From Antedon mediterranea (Eukaryota > Animalia > Echinodermata), in the NCBI RefSeq assembly GCF_964355755.1, contig NC_092680.1, forward strand, positions 17,059,045 through 17,123,044: 64,000 nucleotides of DNA. Reading direction: 5' to 3'. Both the position numbers and the translations under genes were made by a program. Positions within the stretch are counted from its first letter, which is position 1. Each line of letters starts with the position of its first letter. The notes below the pieces were generated by a model, which was not told the DNA's origin, ran no database searches, and was given only the letters and a program-made list of their open reading frames with translations. Positions 21,801-34,604 of this stretch are shown here, in pieces.

Positions 21801-24800
21801 CGGCCGTCATTCAAACTCGCGTCATTATACACTTTTAAACACGCAGTTACATGTTTAGCGTGTTTAAAACTTAAACGTGTTTATAGCTACATGTTGTTTT
21901 CCTCCACTCGTTTATTTTCAATGTCTCCACATGCTTAGCAGTCAACATGTTTAGGTACGTGTTTAGCTCCACGCATGAGCCCCATACATGGCAAATTAAA
22001 CACGTGTTTTTATATATTGCTCTACATGTTTAACAATCAACACGACACGAGTTGGATACAGACTACATGTTTGGAATGTGTTTAGAACCTAAACATGTTT
22101 CATATCTAAAGGTAAAGAGGTGAATGAAATGATTATACCTGATTTTGGAACCTAGAAATCAGGGTGGGCCCACTGAGAAGATCTGATTGAATTACTGACC
22201 TAAATTTCCGCCCCAAGTACCCGGATTGATTTTATCTCTCTTATGCATAATTTGTCCATCTGTATACGCTGAATTGAAAATAGAATTGCTGTACCACCAA
22301 TACGCCGATTGAATCAATATAACCTAACATGTCGAGAGATTGGCATTTAAGAGCTGACAAATGATGATGTTTATGTTTTGGTCATTCTAAATCATAGCTA
22401 ACTCTAGTATTCGGTAGGGAGTGTGAAGTGTTTCATATTTCAGTATTCCGTGTTAACACGATCGGCTTTCGATCGTATCTGACAACTGTGAAAATACTAG
22501 ACTTGAAAATCAATATCTTTGGATTACGTAGTTTGCCAATGTAGATAATATTAAATATGTGAAGGTCGGGTGAGTTAGTCGCCTCCTTCAGACCACATAC
22601 CGTAACTACGCTTCACCCTATTATACAAGTGCAAGCCTACCGTGTCTAACCAACAGATGGTTGACAAAAACACACTGGTAACCGGCTTTTACACTTTTTG
22701 TTGGTTGTTTGATGACACCAGGTAGGCAAATCCTCCGCTGCATCTCAGCAGTCTAGATGGGCCTAGAGTTTCAAACTGAATTCCACATTATGTTTGAGCA
22801 AGCGTATACTAATTCAATATTTGGGAGATATTATAAGTTGTATTCTACGAAACGGCATTCCATTTGATGCATATGATATGCATTTCTTCGTGAACTTTCG
22901 ATGTCGAATGTGACACTGACTTTTCCATTCTCTCTATAAAATTAAAGCAATGTGTTGGCATATCATCGCAAACACGTAATTTAAGCTACCGAAAATACTT
23001 TGAAGGTGAAACTTTACATTGCTACGGTGATTAAATGGCGCACGGTTTAATTATTGGTATACAGTCGTGAATAATATAAGGAATGATTACGTAATGTTTA
23101 ACGCTAAAACACGGTATAGACGGGTTTCCATTATTTACTGGTATGGATGGATCGGTGTATGTACCGTATACTACTTATTAGCAGGCCAGCATTATTGGGA
23201 TTTAAAGTCAGTGAATGCAGTTACTCGTCGTTATTTTGTGCTTGTCGTATCGTGAAAATTCATGACAACACGGAGTCCTCCCCATTAGCCTAATGAGAGA
23301 ATTATGGGCCCATTCATTTACCCGGGTAAGTTCCATGGGTCAGTCATCAACATTGAACCAACTTACTCGGGTAAATAAACTAAGGTCAAACGGGCACTGT
23401 GTTGCAACTAACTACTATACTGTATAAGCAATGTTTCAAAATGAAGAGAGAGAGAGAGATTGATGGTGTAATGATAATATCGGCATAGCATGTGATAGGG
23501 ATGGGTTCAAGCCTATCTATATCATACTAATTGCATCATTAGGCAAGATGCTTTACTCTTATTGCATTACCTGAAGTTCCAAAAGATCTGGATGGATCAC
23601 CCTCATTAAATATGGTTAAAAAAAATGAATTTTTGTACAGCGCATCGTTTATACGACGTCAGTTAAAATTAAAATGCCTTGGTAACTATGCCGGTCTTCC
23701 ACCAGTGTAACTATGGTAACTATGCCTGTCTTCCACCAGTGTAACGTAGTAGTGGAATATTAATGAAAAGTGGGCCACCTATTATTTTCAAACTGCGTTT
23801 AAGAAAGTACAGGAACTATAACGTACAAATACATGATGCGTTTTACTATAGGAAATGCGGTTAATATCCACAACAAAAGGTGTTTTATTTGTTGAAATTA
23901 CAACTATAAAATTCCATTCAATACTGAACGTTAGGTTTATTGAACTACTACCGTACTTATTTCAAAGCAAAGTGTTTAACAATTAAACTAAATCCATCAA
24001 TAAAATCAAAATAATACAAGCGCTTTAGCTAGTCAATCCAAGAATCTAGTTGGGCGGTTATACAATATGCCTCAACAATACGGTTTAACAATAAAAAGGT
24101 TTGAAATTGTATAATAGTAGTGTTTGAAAACTGCTAATTCAATCATTTTTAAAGAAACAAAGACAGATTCAACGCAAGGAAACAATTTCGGACAATGTGT
24201 GATATAGGTCATGAAAGATAAAAATAACCCAATGGTCAAACGTTTGTTTCTAAAAAAAAAAATAAAGATTAAATGCGTTAAACAATACTAAATACATTTG
24301 AACTTTGTAATGTACTTTTATACAGAGTTTCAGAGGAAGCAATAAGGCGGTTATTTAGCATAAAAGGATTGCGTGTTTGTAATCGCACGATTGAGTGCAC
24401 GACTTGTGAGGCACCGAATATTAGATTAACGATACTATTTAGCCTATATTCTATTTAGGTCATTTTTAAGATCCTGGATTGTTATTATTGTTATCATCAA
24501 TTACAGTATGTCGTATTGGGAAAACATGACAATCGGGATATAAAATGAATGTCTGTGCAGTTAGCCCTAGCTAGTTCAACGCAGTGCATATTCGTCCAAC
24601 AAGATAAGACATTAATAAAACAAAAAACAGCGTCCTAATCTATACCAATACTGTAGGTATAATGTCAATAATTATATTATAAAGGTTAATTAGGGCCTAA
24701 AATATTAATTCATAGAAAATTACTGAAAACAATGACTATGCTATGGGTATCAGTGGCTGGATCTCAATGAAGATACAAAATAAAATAAGAAAAAAGCAGC

Positions 24801-27800
24801 CAGAAAGAAAGTTCCAGTGCAACATAACATTAGTCTCGGTTCTAGACCGAAATAGGTAAAACGAGAAATATTTTGGCACATATGCCGTGTCATACGTATA
24901 ATACATAAGCTCGTATTTTTGTAGTATTCAGACAAATATCGAAACACCGACTGGTGGACTAACATAAAAAAGACAATATACAGACTTGGGGCAAGTATAG
25001 TGCAACACTAGCCCTTCCTTGATATGTTTCGTCCAAGTCTTCATCGTGTATTCAGTTTATAGAATTTTAAAACTTGTACATAAACTAGACAGACTGGTGT
25101 ATTCAGGAACATTAACTCGTATCGGAACTGTGTCATTCCTCGGAAACACAACCTCTCTATTTGTGGTTTATAGTTTCCGGGACAGGGCTGTTATTATTTG
25201 AACTGAACAAAACTTTTAGAATTCTGAATAAATCTAATAACAAAATCCAAATTTATAAAACACCATGTCTAGTAATTGTTATCGTATTGTAAGTAGGCCT
25301 ATTCCACAGTTAAGCGTGGTTCCCACTAGCGACGCAACGCAAGGACGTAACGCAACGCAAGTGAATTGACCAATCACAAGCGATGGCTTGTTCGCTTGTG
25401 ATTGCTAACTGTCTATAACTTCGCTTGTCATTGGTTAAAACGCTTGCGTTGCGTTTACGTCCTTGCGTTACGTTCCAGTGGGAACCAAGCTTTAGTTAAA
25501 TTAAAAACAGTGGAAGTTCATATAATTGTTCCCTGAATAGGGTTGGACCATAGAGATATTATAGTTCACTCTACTTTCTCTATGGTTGGACGTGTGTTAC
25601 AAGATATTGCCCTTCGTTCGTTTTACACTGCCACTTTAATAGGGGTATCCATTGAATATAGCTGTCCAAAGCGAAGTGTTAGTAATTTGACGAAAACTTG
25701 CCGAGGCCGGCACTCGTGTACTCGTGCGACGACTTCCGAAGTGAATGCTCTAGCGGTCTTCTTATAATTATATTATATTCCAATTCTTTTGTTGGTCAAA
25801 ACGTACGTGTCGTTACTTATATCCGTCTAAGGCCTACAGGTGATTTTCTCAATACACATAATCGAAACAATACAAGGATTATCGGGGCTTTGTTTCCGCC
25901 GTTCGATTACCAATAAAGACTACACTTGAAAACGACATTAAGTGCAAGTTGCGTGAGAAAGGTAACATGGTGGACAAGGCCAGGGCCAATTCACTTCTGG
26001 TATACTATTATAATAAATATTAATTTTTTTTTCCAAAGAAAGACTTCCTTTATTATTTGAGCAGCACTCACCTATGTGACCTACATAATTTTACACATAA
26101 CCACCCACAAAATGCTTTCCCTTTTGTTATTTTGGTAAACTGTTTATATCGTACTGGTCTGATTGAATCGGATAACATTTTGTGGCTTTATCAACATTTT
26201 CATAGGCCACCTATTTATTATTCATTACTGTAATTTAAGTATGAAAATAATACATGTATATCAAGCGATGGATTTCATAGGAATATTTGTCCATTTTTTC
26301 ATGTTTGTTGCCTTTGAATAGAATGCATGTAAACGATTGATTGTCATGGGTTTTTTCAATTGACCTCTTTTGACTAAGTTTCGGTGTTATATACTACAGA
26401 GTACAAACTATCGTGCCAAATCAAATTCAGAATACAATCCCTTAGGGCCTAGTGATACAACTCCTATGTGTTGTAATGTTCTATTGCCATTAATTTTTAC
26501 GAGCGACCTTTCAACACATTCTTTCATGCTCGGTAGTATGTGATTACCATGTGCATTTTATTATGATCTAGTTAACCATTATTCTCACATCGACCTTTAT
26601 TCTTATTGGATAAATCTCAACTGACCTCTATTCTTATAGCCTAGAATAGGAAATGCAGGAATAGATAGATACATGTTAATAAATGTTACTTCAATAGACA
26701 CCCAACTAGCAGGCAGGACCTAACAATAAACGTTTGTTTACTTTATTATAATTGTTAGTACGTGTATAAATACGATACTATAATGCTTGTTTCGCAAACA
26801 TGTATGCCCTAAAGGCGTTTCCTACGTTATATATTGAAATGATCGTATACGGTACTTAAACCTGTATTACTTTGATGGATTTTGTTTTCCTGATTTATTT
26901 TGTATTTAAGACAGGACCACAATGCAAAACAGGTTTTTCTTTTACCAAATTGTTTAATCCTGTATATAAAGATGTTGTTAAATAAATAAATAAATTTCTG
27001 TATAGGCTACATCATAAATGGGACGCTACCGACGTCAAAACTATGAATGAAGGAATATCATATTGGTGTACATATTTGTCTCCTCGTAATGGTATAAATA
27101 GGAGTGAACATTTTACTTCCTTTGTGCTTTTTTTTATTAATGCGTAATATTACCTCCTGTAACCAAATCTCTCGTCTCATCAAATATTTCTTTAATAAAA
27201 ACGTAATATCCTTCCGCGAATGGTGGCTTTATGGGAATCGGATCAAATAATTGATGGTGTTTTGTGTGTATCTAACGACAATAATGGTTACGGTAGGATG
27301 TCAACAAAGTTATCAATGTTATCACTGTTTACCTTTTGGTGCTATATTGGGTTTTAACCATGATAAACTCATAAAACTTGTACAGTATGGCATTAGACTC
27401 ATACATTTATGGTACTCAATTTCAATATTATTTCCCTAAATAAAAGTAAGTCCATTCTAGAATATGTTTTTCTTATTTTTTTCATATTATAACTTCACGT
27501 CCTTTTCACCCATTCACTTCGTAGCCAGGTTCGAATGCAATAATGAAATATTCTTAGTAAATAACGTATTTATTTGTTTTAACTGAGTTACATTTTATTT
27601 GACTTACATTCATTAAATTAACGAGCCTTATTTCTTATAAAAATTAAATAAAAATAAAACTTTTCAATCACTACTGTATAAATTAAAAAATAATGTGTAT
27701 TCATAATTTAAAGAGAGAGCGATATAAATCGTCTGTGGTAACAAACAGGCACAACTTTGGTGAGCACGTACAAATATTGCACCATAATTTTATCAAATTT

Positions 27801-30800
27801 TCAACATGTGCGCGTCAAGCTGCGACATACGCGCATCGGCGCGCGCGTATAAAACTCGTTTCATTATCACCGTTTCAACGCGTAAAATAAAGATTCCGTA
27901 TTTGTGGCGTTACTGACGTAATATATATATATATAAATGGTTTTAACAAGTTGAACTTTATTTTGACAAACTTAGTCTGCATCTGGCACAGGAACAACTT
28001 TAAGATAAAATCCCTTTGTGGCATTTAAACCATTGCAGAATTCATATTTTTACTTTCGATTTTGGTTCTCAGTTTAGCAGACATATTTTCTGTAAATAAT
28101 TTTTTATGAGACAACAAAAAAACATAGACTAGCAATATTGTTATGCGAACTACAGTAAAATACTTTTTGTTATAAATTGCTAGTACTGTCTTTTGTTGTA
28201 GGAAATTAAAATTTTAAATGAAATATGTACATATTTTATTTATGTTCCCTTATTTTCCATGCATATATTTTAGGACAAACTTGTTTGGGATTACTATAGC
28301 GCTATTTCATGAAGATCATGATAAACATTGGCGACAACATAATATTATATATTTCTTATGTTTAATGTGTATCCATGGTATAACAGTAGTGAACTGTTCA
28401 ATTCGTCGACCTTGGGTACTGCACGCCATACCATTCTATAGAGAATTCAGTTTATAAGCAGGAAGCAATGTTACTACATAAACACGATGAAAAAAAACCC
28501 AGGTAGAACATTAACGTAAGACAATTGACACACAGAACAATAACATTAAAACTATACTAAAGTTGAGTGCATGTTCGGAATTAGGAAGATGCCCATATAT
28601 AACGAGGCTTGAATAGTCGCCAGAGAAATATCGTTTCAGAGATCAGTCGAATAATAATGCAAATTTCATCATTTTGAGCTCGCTAAAGGCAAGGTCATTA
28701 ATCACCAAGGGAGCATGCTTGTTTTCCAGCGTGTTTTCCTGTTCGGTTTTGACGATGTAGGCTTAAAATATTTAGGTAATGCATAAATAGTACGTATACA
28801 CTAACAAAAGGAAACTGTTCTTTACAAAAATGTACCTTTGTTTTTATATTTCTTTTTTGTCTTATCTTTAAAATATCAAGTTTAAGAATTAGGCCTAAAT
28901 ACAACTAGTTTATTGTATTAAAATCATCCCTCCTCTTTCCTATATTACTCATCATCACTAACATATGTTGCGAAAAGTACTGATTTGAAGAACTGTACAC
29001 TATTATGTTTTAAATTGTATAAGCAGTCCAGTAAATCATTGTGTATAGTCGCTCTGGAAAGGATTAACCACGGTAAATGAATACCGTATACATTTAATCC
29101 AATGCAACTCAGAGCGAGTGTTTTCAAAAGTTCGTTCATATTCAATCACGTCATCACTGAATAATTGAGTGAGTTAATTTAATATCAGATCCATTTACGT
29201 GATAACTGAAAAGTTGCAAACGATATACAGTATTTGAAATATCACGATTTAATGTATGACAATGAATATGCAGCGAATCGGGGTAATTTGCTTTCCTGTC
29301 TTAATCTAGTATCACGCATTAACATATTTCTTAGCTTTCAAAACGAAAGATTTTATTTTCAAAACGGAATTGAAATTCCATTTATATTATACTTTGTGAC
29401 ATTACTATCAGGAGACGCTTCTATTAAGGGGACACTTTCTCATTGAACGATCGAAGGAGGACAACATTTTTCTTTGTACCTGAAAACATTTCTATACGTT
29501 TATTGAAAACGATTATCTCATTTTTTCGGTACTGGAAGAATTCTTTGTTTAATATCTCCGATTTTCCGTTGTGTACAAAATAAAACAATAACGAAACATT
29601 GAAACGACGTTTTTGGCATAACTTTGACTGTCTTAATTCAAAGAGTGTAATATCACCTACTGTTAGCCTGTAGGTGGGGGTAACATTACCCACCCAACAC
29701 CGGTGGGTGAGGGTAACATTACCCACAATACGCCGGTAGGTGTGGGTAATACTATCCAGGTTAAGCTCATGGGTGAGCACCAAAACCTAATTAAATCAAA
29801 CTGTTGTTTATGGTATGCTGACGCAGGCCTACTGTATTTCAATTGTCTCGAAATATAACATACCAACGATGTCTAAAATAATGAAAGAATTATATTGAAT
29901 ATATGACAGAATACTGATATACGTAGCATGTTGATACACAGAGACCCCCTTTTTCTGGAAACCCTAAGGGGACATTTTTCATGAAACGAACGAAGGACGA
30001 TACATACAGTACTGCAATATTAAGGAGACATTTTGTAGAGTTCCAAGGTGGTCCCTAATAGGGGTTTGTACTGGTTCTGACGTTCTAATTGTATTGTGAG
30101 ACTGCCGTGTGTAATTTACACTCGGTCTAAAGCAAGAGAATTGGTAGAAAATTTCACGTAGAATGTCGTGGGTTTTCTTCTTCCGTTGGGTGATTCACTT
30201 ATTATTATATCCGAACCCTGCCAACAAAATGCTTAACTCGAGCGATTTGAGGATTGAAGCATAGACACGGTGACGGGCTTAAAATTGGTGACGAAAGGAG
30301 AGCGACAAGCTTGGTTGAAGCCGTCATTGTCTGGCAGATGATAACAGGGCCTAGCCTAATTCGTTGTGTATTAAAGGAAGGGAGCCTGTAACAAAATTAT
30401 CGGCGAAATAAGCTAATTCAATTACCCTATTCTAAAACGTGCAAACATTACACAACTTTTGTTCTAATACCGTAATGGTTTAGCTTCAAAACTACTCGAC
30501 TAAACGAGAGGTCATTCTAGGATGCGATAGCATAAAAATGACATTTGTTAACCATGATATATATAGGATCAGCGAGGTTTGTGGATTAGATTATTTTAAA
30601 TTAAACCATTCGATAATACAATACAATACTATAGTCACCAAAAAACATAGTAAACGAACTTTCAAAATACAACGATGTCAAATGTAAATGATGTGAGAAA
30701 ATGAATCAGAATTTTAACATAAATTTGTTTGCTCCGATCGAAATAGGAACATTCAAATGTGTGAATCATTATTTAGGCTAGTATACGACCATGTAATATA

Positions 30801-32326
30801 TAACAGTAGACTTGAGCTCTGAAAGCCGTAGTATAAATTATCCATTTATTCATAAATTAATTGGTACTGTAGGCCTATGCAGAAGTTCATATTCGATCAT
30901 TAAAATGTAATCAGTACCTTGAATAGTAAACGTATCTCGGTGGAATGTAACCCAGAGATATGACCAGTGATTGACCTAGTGGACAATACAATCAATCTAT
31001 TCTTTGAAGGGCTCGAGTCAAGTTAATCGCCTTGAGTTAAATCTATTGTTCATGCAAGGATCAAATCGATTCAATCGAAGATGGAAGTGACCATTGTAAG
31101 TCCGAAAAGCACACTTGAATAAGAAGGGGGTAGATTAAGGGAACTTAATTAACTCAGTAGACAATACGTTAACCTTTAATCTCGGGGCCAATCTGTGCTC
31201 ATCTAAGAACTGTCTAAAAAAGAAACAATAATGATTACTGCAGGACATAAATTTCTGCAGATATTTTTTGCATAACTTACCTTACTCGTAGCCGTTGCTC
31301 CAGACGATCCATTCACTGGTATATTTGTAACACTCACGGCTACATAGTCATTATAAACCAGTGGCCATGCACCAGACACTTTACACGTTTGAAATTCATC
31401 ATAAAACGTTCTTAAATGCGGGTCTCCAAAAATGCCACAATGTGCTAAATCCTCCGTCTTACGAGAACCACGATAGTCACATGTATTGTCTCGTTGTGGT
31501 GGCGTAGGACGGGGTCTCCGCGCAGTGACCGTTAACTCCCGCGTCCCCTTTGGACGACGGGTAGTTGTCGGGACGTTTGCTAAAACATTTTCACAGTCGT
31601 ATAGCTGCATATAATCAGGAATGTATGTTGTGATTGTGTGGTAGTTAAGGTTTCCACGACATGAACTAGCCGTCCTCTGGGTACAAGTTCGATATCTTTC
31701 CAGAGCTTGACAACGTAATAGAACGTCAGATTCAGCGAGAGAGTCTGTAGCTGAAGAGTACTGCTTTGTACAACGAACTACTTTACAATCAGACGACGAA
31801 AATTGAGTACAAGCTACAAAGGAAGATATTTAAAGTGTTATATATTTTGTTCTTTTGTTGAAGAATGCCTTGGTTAGAATATGAACGTTTATTTACGTGT
31901 ACGATATCAACATTGGTATAAATATTGGTCTTAACGCCTAGGACTCAACGCGAGGACGTAAGCGCAACGCAAGTAGTAATATATATAAGTTGATCCATCA
32001 AAAAAGGTGACAGTTCGGATGATCCATTGCGTCGTGATTGTTTAGATTACGTGCGTTGAGCTTAAATTACGTACTTGAGTTGCGTCCTATAGCGGAAACC
32101 ATGATTTAAGTAGGCGCGCGTAACACAATTAATTGCGTACATTTAAAAAAACGGCCACAGTGCATAGTATTTTTTTTTTCATATTCTTAACGGAGTCTTT
32201 AAAATACCTTACAAAAATAACGCCAACTGACTTACCTGTTTGGAATAAACTACACAAAATAACAAGTTTGACGAAAAGAACCGCTATCGGGCGAAAAGCC
32301 GCGCTTGTGAAGCGCCTTTGCCCCAT
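18891..32326 (-). CDS. RGM: Repulsive guidance molecule (RGM family; RGMa/RGMb/hemojuvelin homolog), 441 aa from the in-exon ATG
   Basis: Exon 32236-32326 encodes a signal peptide. Exon 31281-31813 encodes CQALERYRTCTQRTASSCRGNLNYH, HCGIFGDPHLRTF and CKVSGAWPL. Exon 18891-19592 encodes [51 protein letters not shown] and a hydrophobic GPI-type tail. Introns are GT-AG with phases 1 and 0. Confidence 0.95.
20040..20190. repeat. Dispersed ~150-bp repeat family (unclassified)
   Basis: AGACTTGCCCCAAGT...CCACCAGTCGGTGTTT...GCCATATGTGCCAAAATATT. Diverged reverse-orientation copies at about 24835-24998, 37700-37868 and 52820-52940. Confidence 0.7.
20989..21434. repeat. 13-bp minisatellite (CCAGAAGG(G/A)ATGT) in RGM intron
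   Basis: About 34 tandem units. It explains the CPEGMSRR ORFs. Confidence 0.95.
25313..25491. mobile_element. MITE family B full copy with TTA target-site duplication
   Basis: TTA-AGCGTGGTTCCCAC...GTGGGAACCAAGCT-TTA, 179 bp. Confidence 0.88.
25549..25584. mobile_element. P-element-type footprint (CATAGAGA family)
   Basis: GTTGGAC-CATAGAGATATTATAGT...TCTCTATG-GTTGGAC. Confidence 0.72.
26909..26995 (+). mobile_element. Probable 3' end of a LINE/SINE with (TAAA)n tail
   Basis: GACAGGACCACAATGCAAAACAGG...AAAGATGTTGTTAAATAAATAAATAAA. An inverted copy lies at about 48105-48192. Confidence 0.55.
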
Positions 32327-34576
32327 TACCTTCCATGTAGCCAGGCCGTAATCCAAAGAGTGACTGGATATCCTAGCCGGTTCACAAGCTCTGTAAATTG
32401 GAAAATGAATCAGCATCAGTGCCTATCAATCAACATTGTGAGTTGAGAGCATACTCGAACATAACAGTACACAACTAAAGTACTGTAGTTATTAACAGAG
32501 CCACGCCAGGAAGTGATAACAAATTCCGTTACTCTACGTTCGTCTAAATAAAGAGTTATATCCAAGATAGACGATTAAAATCGAACGAATTGAGAATGTG
32601 CCAGGCAGTAGCAACGTAGCACTCCGTGCTAGCGGGCTGAACTGAATGTGGCCGTCGAACCCATTTCACTGAATCGTGGTCATTAAATTAGATTTGATGG
32701 CCTAAAGGCAGCTGTCAACTCCAATAGAAAATAAACACCGTTTCGGGGTCGCCGATTGGTCGAAAGCAATAAAGCGGCCAGGCGTATAAACAAGTGATAT
32801 TGATGACTGAATAACAGTAAGCAGTATTCTTTAAAATCGTAGTAAATTTCCAATTAACTATCTGATTATGTTCTCTGAATTAGTAAACTATAATTACTTG
32901 ATAGAACCACTGTAAATGAATTATAACACAGGCAAACTTATGTACAAATATTTATTAAGCTTAAAAAGCAAGTGAGTAGTAGAATCAATTGAAACTAAAA
33001 TGTTTTTTTTATAGACCCAAAATAATGTAGATACTGTACTAAATAAAAACCGTTAATTTTTTAAGCTCACTGTACTTATAAAGTTGCCACAAATGGTGGG
33101 GTCATGGCTACCCCAGCGTACTCAGTGAGGTGTTAGCCGAAGGTTAATTGCATGCCCTATAAAATAAGCCCATCGCGGCGGCGGGGCAGACGGTTAAATT
33201 AGCAGAGTGTTGATTATAGCCTACAGCAAAATGCAGTTTAGGTTGTTGTGCATGTAAACTTTATGGCGAATTCATTTCAAAAGGTGAAATGAGCAATTGA
33301 TATAGGCCTAGCAGGAGTTGGGTTTATTGATGGTATTTCTGTGACGCTTGAAATGAAGCCGAACCGCTTGTAGCTAACATATCACATTATTGTCATCATA
33401 AGCAACGAATGTGCTGCATGGGTTAATAAGCAAAATAAAAATAACGATTTTCGAAACACTATCGTTGAAATTGAAATGAATACATGGCCCACTTTCATCA
33501 AGCAATTTAATTAATGCTCTTAACATGATAACGTGAAATGAATAATAACAATAATAACATTCCACAAGAATGCTTGCATTATTCTTCACACCGACATGGA
33601 AATTTACATTAATGTACTAAATAATCCCGTTTAGGCTATGTACCGGTATCTTATATTACGAGGGTGACGTTCCATTAACAGAATTTCGGCAGCCATGTTA
33701 ACATCTTAATTCTAATCTTATAGTAATGACTAAATTGAAACAAGAGATGTAAAGGACCAATATTTCTCCACTGCGTTGTTGAGGCCTTTGTCGAATGATC
33801 GCGCGAAATGCCACGCAGTGCACAGCGGGCGAGCGGCCATGAAAAACACTTTGATGTTTATACTCACGGTGGCCGTTTTTACAGCGAGGTATTCTTTAAT
33901 ATCGTAGGCACACACACACACACACATAGGCACGCGTTCAAACGATACTTTGCTAATAGCTTCTGTATTTTATGCTTCGAATTGTTTCAGCAGGAGTCAC
34001 TAATAAACATAATGATGAGTATATTATATTGCATGATAAAAGAAGAACTATTAATATTTCAAATTACAATTTTGCATGTTCTTATCAGAATATGTTTTTA
34101 CAGGTAACAGGTCGAAAGAACAAATGATCACTGAAAGGTGCCAATTATTACATAATCCTATTGTGAGAGATGAAAAGCTAATAAACAGCTAGATATAGCG
34201 ATTATCCTGTCAACGTCCGAAGGCCGAGACAGGTATGGTGTTGTTAGACGGTTCAACCGGCCTAGAAGCACAACGGGGCTAGAGAATGATGACCTTGGAT
34301 CTATGTCGGCGGATTAACAGCATCAAAGAAAGACAAATTACCAGCCTTTCTATTATGAGCGTCCATGCGAAAATATAAATCAGGTTTACTCATACGCCTG
34401 GTGTGGTTTTAGACGGTTCAGCCAAATGGAAGAACAAGAAAAGAACTGTCGCATATCCACACGTTAAGTAATTTGTTTCAAAAATATTTATTTATTTATT
34501 TTATTCAGTTGTCAACCAACAGCGATGAAACCGCCACTAACAATTATTATTGAGTAATACAATACATTACTTAAAC

Positions 34577-34604
34577 CATAGAGATATTATAGTGAATCTC
34601 TATG
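34577..34604. mobile_element. P-element-type footprint (CATAGAGA family)
   Basis: CTTAAAC-CATAGAGATATTATAGTGAATCTCTATG-CTTAAAC. Confidence 0.72.

Noticed and set aside
23485-23620. Old tRNA-SINE remnant (GGGTTCAAGCC...TTAGGCAAGATGCTTT)
   Set aside because: Too degenerate to delimit, and single copy in this window.
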